Source: Ylistrum balloti
Taxonomy: Eukaryota
Direction of reading: 5' to 3'
Assembly: GCF_031769215.1 (NCBI RefSeq)
Contig: NW_026782542.1
Coordinates: forward strand, 558,001-622,000
Length of the DNA stretch: 64,000 nucleotides
The translations under genes and the position numbers were made by a program. Every line of letters begins with the position of its first letter. Positions within the stretch are counted from its first letter, which is position 1. Shown in pieces: positions 26,494 to 36,810 of the stretch. The notes beneath the pieces were generated by a model. That model was not told the DNA's origin and did no database searches. It saw nothing but the letters and a program-made list of their open reading frames with translations.

Positions 26494-26797
26494 TCAAGAG
26501 ACGAATGTCAACATGCAAAAATGTAGAAAAAGTGACATTTTCTCCACGAAATTAAATTTAAAACGTATACAGTAATTTCTTCTCGCTGAAAGTATCGCGC
26601 TAAAATATTTTCGTGATTGTAGCTACTAAATATTGGTTACCTAGATCAAGAGACGAATGTCAACATGCAAAAATGTAGAAAAAGTGACATTTTCTCCAAG
26701 AAATTAAATTTAAAACGTATACAGTAATTTCTTCTCGCTGAAAGTATCGCGCTAAAATATTTTCGTGATTGTAGCTACTAAATATTGGTTACCTAGA
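26494..26797. repeat. Direct tandem duplication, 2 x 152 bp, one mismatch
   Basis: tcaagagacg...ggttacctaga at 26494-26645 and 26646-26797; differ at ctccaCgaa vs ctccaAgaa. Confidence 0.95.
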
Positions 26798-27043
26798 TTT
26801 TTGTTGGGGATGGGTGAATGCTTTATGGCGTTAATTGCCGCAATGTGATAATGCTAAGATGATAAAAGGAAATTTTAAATAAATTTATATAGAAACAACG
26901 ACCAAATGATGTTATGATATGCCTGTTAACGAAATCGAGCAGATTTACTTTACTCACTTCTTCCAATAGCTGTTTGTAGAGTAGCTGAGACAAATTCAGT
27001 TCAAATATAGTTAATTTGAGTGATGAACTCGCTCACTACGGTT

Positions 27044-27400
27044 AAATGCTAGGACAGTTCTCCTGTCTCCAGTAGCCGACTATAATGATCCATCACCCCT
27101 GAACAAGATGTATTGTTTGCGGAATCAGACATCCATCGCCCTTCCACTACCAGTTCTCATGATTATTGTTATGCATCTATCGCCTTTCACCTTTGCAATG
27201 TTTTACTCCCGTCTTCCGACAAAGCGGTTTGAAGTGTTTTACCCTGCCCATCCACATAACGTCATATTTACCGCTTTGATTGGATTCGCCTTCTTGTTGT
27301 TGTTCTCCAGACCAAAAAAATCTTTTTGAAACTTTGATCTTTGTAATTTGTTGACATTTCTTGCCCGTCTCAGTTAGCCGTTCAATTGTAACCCTCATCT
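27044..27400 (-). pseudogene. Probable decayed TRIM/NHL-like remnant (5' part)
   Basis: Frameshifted reading FQKDFFGL...PIKAV..DVMWMG..KTLQ/KVKGD..ITI..AMDV..QYILF..SATGDRRTVLAF; collinear with the 25470-26335 piece. Confidence 0.35.
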
Positions 27401-28646
27401 TCCTAAATTAATAAATTATCTTTTCCTAAAATACCCCAACAAAATCAAACCATACTGTAGCCATTCTAAATACAGCTTTGGATGCAATTTTCTCCTTCAC
27501 TGCCCCACTCACACCTCTTTGCGCATGGCATGGCACGCTCTGGTTGCATAAATGAATGACGTCATCGTGAACTGAATTATTATGTTACTAACCTGTAAGA
27601 CATATATGATTAATGCTTTATTTCTGTAGTTATCATTTTAATTGATTCAATAACCTATAAAATACTTATAACCATTATATAGGGATACATAGTCTCGATT
27701 CCGTCCTAAGTGATATGTAATGAATGAAGAACTTCCGTGTAAAATCATCACATCATACACTAACCATGAATTCGTGCGTGTTTAAATATTTACATGAAAT
27801 ATGGTCTTTATGCCTATGTTTTCGTTATTTTTGTTTTTCTATCTGTAAACTTTTGAAAAGATGATTCCAAAAATGTATTTTTTGTTGCAATTAAAAGGAA
27901 AGGTGATCGTTTGAAAATCACAATTACTTTTTAAAGTATACATATATGTACAACAGCCAGCTATACAATTGACCCGATTCACAATTATCCTCCGATAAAT
28001 TAAACAAAACGGAAATGTAATCTTTAAACGAAATTAATAGTGATAACAAGATACATACCTTAAAACAAATTTAAGTAAAAACAGTTATAGGTGAACAAAG
28101 CTCTGGATTTTGTGTATTTATTGGTTATGATATGTTTAATTATCACGCTTCAACATTCCTGTCATTCAAATACTAAAATCATTAATTATTATTTAGTTTT
28201 TATTTAGACGAAGCAATCCGTAAGCCTGCATAATGATCACTGTGTTGGATTTCATGCAGAATGAAAAAATACATATCACATATGAATAAAGTCATTATCC
28301 TACTGACGCCATGATATGGAAAAACATAAATTTTTGAGAAAGAAAAAGATATTTGATATTGCAGCATTTTAACGATTTTGAATATTTGAGATTAATCTTT
28401 ATGAAAACGCTCGCGGGCGTTTGCAGGGCTGGAGCCGGGCCTGTTTGACGCGGTAGGGATAGTAGTTATACTGACATTCCTGTCCGCTATGAACAAGCCT
28501 TGGTGCCAGATAATGACAAGTTTTATAGAAGCCCTTGATACGTTTTATGTTTTCAAATTCAATGTAATGAAGAATTAGGAAGATTTATGGGCGAAAAGCG
28601 GAGGTTCCGAGTAATAGCTGAGTTATGGACGTGTGCTTCTCTGGAT

Positions 28647-29398
28647 ATTCATAAACACCAAGTATCTGGGAAGTGTCTTGAACATAAACAGGTATTTTAA
28701 ACCATTTTCACTGAAAATTCACAAACATCAAGTATCTGGGAAGTGTCTTGAACATGTATTTTAAACCATTTTCACTGAAAATAAACAGTATCTTTTGAAC
28801 ATAAACAGGTATTTTAAACCATTTTCACTGAAAATTCACAAACATCAAGTATCTGGGAAGTGTCTTGAACATAAACAGGTATTTTAAACCATTTTCACTG
28901 AAAATTCACAAACATCAAGTATCTGGGAAGTGTCTTGAACATAAACAGTTCTTTTAAACCATTTTCACTGAAAATTCACAAACATTTTCTCTTGAACATA
29001 AACAGGTCTTTTAAACTATTTTCTCTGAAAATTCACAAACATCAAGTATCTGGGAAGTGTCTTGAACATTAACAGGTCTTTTAAACCATTTTCAGTGAAA
29101 ATTCACAAACATCAAGTATCTGGGAAATGTCTTGAACATAAACAGGTCTTTTATACTATTTTCTCTGAAAATTCACAAACATCAAGTATCTGGGAATTGT
29201 CTTGAACATAAACAGGTCTTTTAAACCATTTTATCTGACAGTTCACAAACATCAAGTATTTGGGAAGTGTCTTGAACATAAACAGGCTTTTTAAACCATT
29301 TTCTCTGGAAATCATCAAACACCAAATATCTGGGAAATGTCTCGAACACAAGCAAATCTTTTACACTATATTTCCGGAGATTCACAAACACCAAGTAT
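28647..29398. repeat. Tandem array, ~10-11 x 70 bp with internally deleted units and diverged edges
   Basis: Unit cacaaacatcaagtatctgggaagtgtcttgaacataaacaggtattttaaaccattttcactgaaaatt; e.g. starts at 28837 and 28907. Confidence 0.95.
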
Positions 29399-29799
29399 AT
29401 GTGACTTCCAGTCTGTCACTTGTCGTGATTATTTTGATCGGCACGATTACATGGATGCAAAATATGTCCCTTTAGAGATTTAATTGCATGTCAGTTAAAA
29501 GACGAATAAGATAAATATAACTATATATATATATCTACGAAAAGATTCATCATACCAAAGGGAGATCCAGCCTGAGAAGGGATATCTAGATTCGGCCCGT
29601 CTTCATATTCAAATCATTGAAGCTGTGATAAGCAATTATAGTGAACACGAGCCTCGGTACAGAGTAGCGTACAAAACTGAGTATTATACGTTTAGAAGTA
29701 AACAAAGCTATAATTACTATAGCTGATCTGTCTACTATAGTAACCTGGTAATTAGTGATGTTCTGTTATTGGCTGAAACTTCATTAGCCCTCATTGTAC

Positions 29800-30400
29800 G
29801 GTAATAAAGGTTCCGACAAAAATGCCTGCAAACCCATTGTGATGCTAACTGGTAACTGTTCCTCAGTCAATACATTGCCATGCTGAATTCCAAAATGCAA
29901 CAACCTTGTTAGAAACCGTTTGTCAACAATATCCAGCCCCGATTGCTTATCGCTCTACCATATAACAACAAAATTCGGAACAACCAGAAACCATACAATC
30001 ACCACCTCAAAGCAACCTAATTCAACCTACTCAGTGTTCTGTATCACCCTATAAGACTCGCGCAGTCATCACTTGAAAAAAAGTTAATACAATTGTCCTT
30101 GTTCGGCACAACATGGTATGTAATGACGAATAAGATTTTATTAACATGACCGTCAAATAGCCAACATTTTTAGATAAAAAGATCCAATGTTCAATTTTGC
30201 ACAAAGCGTCGGCACCAAATATAGCTGCTCAGCTTAACATCCTTCTCTGCAAAAAAGGTGGAAAGCGCGACGTGATCTACTAGAGTCGATGATATATGTT
30301 CATGTATGGGTGCTGACAAGAGTAACAATTTCCAATAGATTCCTAATCTGTTGTACTTTAAGGCAGATGTATCGTCACTGGTATGCGTATGTTCAGATCA
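29800..30400 (-). mobile_element. Decayed LINE ORF2 post-RT fragment
   Basis: Minus strand: YNRLGIY (30335-30355; cf. YKHLGI), RSRRAFH (30258-30278; cf. KARRAF), LVPTLCAKL, VELGCF, VDKRFLTRLLHF (29892-29927). Confidence 0.45.
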
Positions 30401-31310
30401 ATAGGGACTATTTTTGCATGGCTGACCCCTTGTAGACGGATCTTGACGCCACAAGTATCTTGCCATTTTTCAGGCTCCGAGGATGTGTGAATTTAATGTT
30501 TTTACTAATAATATACAAATAAATAAAAAGTAGAGCAGCTTTTCCACCAGCTACGTTTTACTAGTTCAGTTATGTACATGGGATATTCCAGTGGCATTGC
30601 AGGTTTTCAAGAGACTTATTCTGCACACACATATATATATGACCTATTTACTGTTGAAGTAAAAAGCCCGATATTTAATTCTTTTCCCTAGACATTTAAG
30701 CCTAGCTGGAAAAGCACAGTGTTTAAGAGTTGATTCAATGAGTGATCGTTTTTCAGTTTGATGGTCGATCTAAGATAGCATGTCGGCAGTCAGGTTATCA
30801 TTGTAGAAAAGTACGGTTCTGTTTCATTCACAGACCGTCGTTGTTAAACTATAAACACCAACACAGATAAGTTAAGTACAGACTTTAAGTATAATCATAC
30901 AATCTTTCCCCTGTTGCCAATAAATAGAATCTTTAAGGAGTGTTTCCATTTCAAATGAGCCATTATGAAGCAAGTCTTAGGTTTTTTTTTTAATATTTTG
31001 CTAATTTTGCGCTAATACGGCAGAATATATCTATATTTTAAATCAGTCATACCTAATATGAACCATTCACATACTTTAAAAAATTACCCTCGAAGGAACT
31101 AGATATATTTTTCATTGACAAGTACAATTTCTTGGCAATACTAACTAATGCTTTACACAATAGAAGCTCTCATGTACGAGTATAGTTATGAATGTCATCC
31201 GGCGCATCAGGGTATATATGTTTGTTGTATAAATGATAACATGTACTACGAAAACCATGTTCCTGACATTAGAAAATAAATGTTGATAAAGTGGAAAGTA
31301 AGTTATGTGA

Positions 31311-31810
31311 TGCAAGTTCAATATTTCTGCATCCTCCACCTATGGTATTTACATTTCACAGTCGATTCGCTAGTTAAGGGTCTATTACCATTATCATGAT
31401 TTTCGTGGAAGAAATCGTCAACTGACTGAAAAACTCTTAAATAAGGGTTCAAAATATGCAGGTTGATGACAATTATTGGGACGTTTTATGATTGCATTGG
31501 TGATCTCGTTGTGAAATATCAATTTCTTTGTGTGTTATGAAATTGGATGTATTTGATGCTTGTTAGTTTGCCTGTTGGTTCCGTTGTTGTGTACATTGTT
31601 CTCATTTGAGGACGTGGCAAGTTTGACAAAGATTAACATGGTGGGTGTCGTCGATGAAATAGAAGACGCTATCTTTTCCGGAACACCTGGTCTTATTCTT
31701 TTTCAGGAGTCTCAGTGTAAATCTTTGTTAGGTGATATTTTGTAAAAATTTCTATGGATCTTGTGTTTGAATTATGATTATGTTGCGTTGTTGGTATTTC
31801 CTTATTTTTT
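31311..31810 (+). mobile_element. Penelope-like element 3' fragment (RT C-terminus + 3' UTR), copy 1
   Basis: NISASSTYGIYISQSIR*LRVYYHYHDFRGRNRQLTEKLLNKG matches the PLE RT thumb consensus SNIP..PAYGVYISQLIRY.RAC..Y.DF..R..LLT.KLL.QG; DNA homologous to 35430-35950. Confidence 0.78.
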
Positions 31811-32629
31811 TTAAAGACTGGTATTTGAAGAAATAGTTATATTCCGAGTTATGTTTTTCCCATGCGAACGTATTGCGTTGTTATGTCAAAACAGGAATAT
31901 CTGATATTAATCGTGTCATATTTTCTCATATACAGACAGCGGAAATTAAAATTACACATTAAAACTGTTCCCATATAAACATTCGCCAGTTTAGTTTTCC
32001 CTTTGCAATCTAACAACGAAAGTTATACAACGGCGAAATCAATATTCCTAAGATATTTTGTTTTTACTGGATGTAAATAGATATTTCTTTTTCCAATAAA
32101 AGTAAGTGGTTTTGCACTGATCTTTGAATTTCTCTCATCTTTAATTTTTTTTGAATAAAGAATCTATATTCTGTTAGTGAACTCCTCAATTTTTCGATCT
32201 CGGAGGTGATATATTCGCTACCTTCATATACAAAAGTTGAAAAAAATCGATATCAGAGATAATTTCACAGCGCTCTTCTGTAAATGCCCCGGTCCGTTCC
32301 GTTATTGAACCTATTCACGAAGTCTAGTTCGTAAGGTGATGTCAGGGGGTCGCGAAATATACGTCACAGTGATAAAAACCCTCTTGTGCAACGCGTGCTT
32401 GCCCTGCGTGGTGTCGTATTCGGCGATATTGAAGATCATATGTCTAAAAAGACGTACACATCGGGACAATTATGGCTGGCAGGTTTTGTACTTCGCATTG
32501 ACTGGGCCTTATTTTCACGCTTGCATACTACGTTTTGGTACAAACGTATATAAAGTACAGGCTAGCCTTGCATAATCTATATGGTTCAGGGGACGTATAC
32601 TTTAAACAAGGAGAAGCACTCACGTGATG

Positions 32630-32838
32630 TTATTCCATAGACATGGATGTTAAAAAAAGTTATTGTCATTCAATGATTATACACATTAGCCGAACCTGAG
32701 TGAAGTCATATCATAGACATGGAGTTGAAACCAAGTTATGGTCATTCAATGGTTTTACATATCAGCGGAACCTGAGCGGACTCATACCATAGACATGGAG
32801 TTACATCAACTTACAGTCATTTAATGGTTATACATGAT
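32630..32838. repeat. Diverged tandem repeat, ~2.7 x 76 bp
   Basis: catagacatgga at 32636, 32712 and 32788 with conserved gtcatt(c/t)aatg and gaacctgag. Confidence 0.85.
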
Positions 32839-35269
32839 TCCAAACGGCAGCACTTGCATGTTTGAGCTTGCTTAAAGACAATTGCAATTTCAAGTTAATT
32901 TCATGCTGATGATTAAAGTGTAAATATTGACAATGCAGATAATTCTGAGCGTGAAAAGAGATCTGGAGAAGGCAATATATAAAGTATGACATCATAATTT
33001 AGGGTTCTCTGAGGAACTCGTTCTTACCTCTGGCATTCGAATAGAACATGATACATATATACGCCTAATGATAATATATAAAAGGCAGACTATTCAGAAC
33101 CGCGGTCATGTTTTGAAGTAATGCATTTGTTGTCTGGTCGGCTCAGAATTGAAACTCAAGACCAACGACTCCCCCGTAGTATTACACACAGTAGTCGACT
33201 GGCGAGCGTATTGTGATCTATCTTAATGATACATGGATGTAGACACAGTCAAATAGGGAACATCGATACCGGGACTACAAAAAAAACACTCCAATAGACG
33301 GGCTCGTTCAAGAAACATTTTCACGTTGTAGTGGAATGGACGGTATATGCTTTGTACGTTAATTTAAACAGGATATTACATTGACCATTAAGCCAGTGAC
33401 TTTGTATTTATCAATATTCGAGATTATTGAGATAATACTCGAATTGCGGTTATTTTATATAACAGTAAGACAGAAAATGCCGATATAACAACATAATTTC
33501 ACTTCAAACTCAAATTCGACGAAATCAGCGAAAAACAAAAGAAAGATGTACAAGGGGATCTTTATAGAATTACAGGAAAAAAAGACCAGGTTTTATGAAA
33601 AAGTAAGCATCTTCTGCTTAATCAGCTTTACTTAATGGCTCGAACACATGAAAAGATCTAGTTTTAGAAAGTCAAGCAGTAAAGGGATTGGTTTTATAAC
33701 GTCCACACAAGAACTATTTGTAATTGATCTAGGCTTTCTGCCTCTTCCATATTTACCGTATGGAAGAAATCCTTGTTAATAACAAGCATACCGTTCGTAC
33801 ACTCTTTTCATAGAATCGTGAAATGAACTGCACTGTAACACTACCAGAGTATCTGAGGCAGTTTGTTGTTTGAGATTTCGGGTTACTTACAGATCGTTTT
33901 GCGAGCTTTGTATTATTTACAGTTTGTTTTTCGAGTTTTTGAATTAGAAAAAAAGAAACTTACAACTGTAATGTAATACCATCTCTTTTTATTACCGACG
34001 TCTATTAACATCTATTCATAGTGAAATAAATTATTATACTTGAAATTCCCTCGCGTATTACATTCAATTCAACAGACCAAGAATACCTAGGAACACCAAA
34101 ATTAAAAAAGAAAACGTTTAGCTGATGCGAACGTTTCCTATCAGCTAAATTCGACGACTTAAACAGAAACTACAGATGAAATGTTATTCATTCTAAGCTT
34201 GAAAGGTTTTTATAATCATTGACCTATATGCTGGCAAAATCAGGTATCATATTTCATAAATGGCATCGAGACATTTTGATGTTTTAAGTGTTTTGTCTAA
34301 AGAAAAAAACCCATAAAGAGGTAATGTTTCATTTGTGTGTGATATTTCGTTTTTTCCTATGTAGCTGACATATCTATTCTAACGGTGTACTTTTTCACAC
34401 TGTTACTAAAATTAAATGTTACTGCACGAATCGTGTACATGTTACATCCACCTTAATGATTGTATATTTTTCATGGCTATTTTTTGTTGCTCTGGCCGGA
34501 CACATCTCCGTCAGCTTGAGACAGTATACAACTTCAGGATGCTGTATTATACTGAGTTAAACACATTTAAGTAGGAAAGCCGTTGTCACAGAGATTTTGT
34601 GTGTGTAACGGAAAGACATCAAGCCCCTCCTGTGACGACAATTTCCATTTGTACAGGGGGATTACATGCCAGTCAAGCTGTCGCGGGATGTCATGATGAG
34701 GACGTTCGCTATATACCTACCTTGGACATTGGAATGGCCTACGAATGGTCCACAGAGATTAGTTATGCTTATCTGACTGTAAATTTAGAAACTCGCGAGG
34801 TACGCAGGTAATACGTGTCACCATTTCATGACTTAATCTTCCTGGCTGATATTGGCTGTCCCAGCTTTTAATACCTTCATTCTCTTTTCTTCATACATGA
34901 CCTTTCCGTTTAAGGGTAAATATCATTATCATCTAGGTCTTAGAAAAGGTCAAACGTATTTAGAACGTTCACATAGCTGTAAGCTGTTAGATCGATATTC
35001 TACGACGGCGCAATTTCTGCATAGTGTTATTTTATCAGACGAGAAAGCATGTCTATGTCAAATCTTAGTTATGTGGATAGATTCGTATAAAATTTATATC
35101 TATTTAAGGTGACAAACATTTTTTAATTGACGAAAATTTCTATGTTCTTTCTTATTTCATTTTGTTAATTGAAATGAGCAGAGGTCATGCCAGTATCCTG
35201 TTCTGCTTTTCTGTTGCTATTGACTCCAATTGTCTCCGAGGAGTGTTTTTTTTTTTCGTCCGAACATAT

Positions 35270-35950
35270 TCATACCTGCCTTAAAATGCAGCAATAGTCC
35301 TCACTTTTCTTGACCGTATCTGGTTTGTATTTTTTAAATCATGCCAAATTTGCTATGGTAATATCTGTATTTATCGCCTCAATCATTTTGTAACGGTCAT
35401 ACTTTATTGGTATAATTTCAAGCAGCCATAATTTTCCATTTCTGGATAGCAATATCCTTGCATCTGCAACCTATGGTATTAACATGTCACGTTTGATTCG
35501 ATATTCAAGGGCCTGTTCCCATTATCACGATCTCCGTTCAAAGGGGTGTCAACTGACTGACAAACTAAAGGCTTCAAAAGATGCAGGTTGATGAAAATTA
35601 TGGTGAGGTTTTATGGTCACCTTAGTGATCTCGTTGCGAAATATTCCATTTCTTTGTGTGGTATGAATTTGGACGTATTTAATGCTCGTTAGTTTGCTTG
35701 TTGGTTCCGTTGTGTAAATTTTCTTCTCATTTGAGATCGTGACATTACTTACTTGGATTGACAAAGGATTACAAGGCGGGTGTTCCCGATGAAGAATAAG
35801 ACGCTTACTTTTCCGGAACACCAGGTCTTATTCTCCTTCCACGTTTTCAGGAGTCTCCGTGTAAATGTTTCTTCTGTTAAGATTTTGCCCTATTTTAATG
35901 GAATTTCCGTCTGAATTATGATTGTGTAGCCTTGTTGGTATTTTCTTGAT
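35270..35950 (+). mobile_element. Penelope-like element 3' fragment (RT C-terminus + 3' UTR), copy 2, longest
   Basis: FLDRI.., YLYL..CNGH, NFPFLDSNILASATYGINMSRLIRYSRACSHYHDLRSKGCQLTDKL (from 35430), then frameshifted RFYGHLSDLVAKYSISLCGMNLDVFNAR* (35606-35692). Confidence 0.82.
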
Positions 35951-36624
35951 GCTTTTGTAATCAGGCCAGACCTGTAATGCTGCAATGAGTCTTAATTTCT
36001 CCACAATCATACCAGAATTGTCTTGCGGCAGTGAGTTCTAATTTTGCTTTGGACATACAAGTTTTGGCATTCCTGTAGTTGGCCCTGACTGTGACTCCAG
36101 CAAACATGCCGTGCAATGCTGCAATGAGTCCTAATTTTGCGATGGACATATCTCGGCACAGTGTTGAGACTAGACAGACCGCGTTCACGAAAGCCAGTGG
36201 AAATCAATGCTAGACTAGTACCAAAGTCGATTGAATATGTTAACGAGTCATATGCTTTGCTATTCCAGGATTAACTTTTCGAAGTAACTTAATCTTCATC
36301 AACACGTATTTTCGATGTTGCACTTTGATAAAAGTTCATTTAGAAATCATTTTTTGTCTATTTTTTTCAAACACATGTTTTTTCGTTCATAATCTACCAG
36401 GTGAAAGCAAAAGCCTATCAGGATAAAGAGAAAATTGAATAAGACATAGAAGTAAATTAGTATAATTAGGTGAAATGAAAGCAGGTGTTATGACAAAAGA
36501 GAGAAATGACCCGTATGTGATATATAACAGCGTATGTTTGTTCTTACTGTACCTAGGAATATATTTCACTGATGTACCTATTTTTGAATCACAAATTTCA
36601 AAATTTGACAACTCCTGAAACAAA

Positions 36625-36810
36625 GAATAAAACCAAGGTGTCGTCAATGAAGCAGGGGATGCTTACTCTTCTGGAACACCTGGTCTTATCCTCCATGTCC
36701 TTTTTCAAGAGTCTCCGTGGGAATTATTCTTTTGTTAACATTTTGCTCTAGTTCTATGGAATTCGAGTTTGGATTATGATTATGTTGCCATGCTGGTATT
36801 TTCTTTATCT
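36625..36810 (+). mobile_element. Penelope-like element 3' UTR-only fragment, copy 3
   Basis: ggtgtcgtcaatgaag...gcttactcttctggaacacctggtcttat...gagtctccgtg...attatgattatgttgc..ggtattttc, homologous to the 3' ends of copies 1 and 2. Confidence 0.75.

Noticed and set aside
35788-35835. SECIS element (ATGAA followed by a stem) in the PLE 3' UTR
   Set aside because: No GA on the 3' side for the non-Watson-Crick quartet and no apical AA in the right position.
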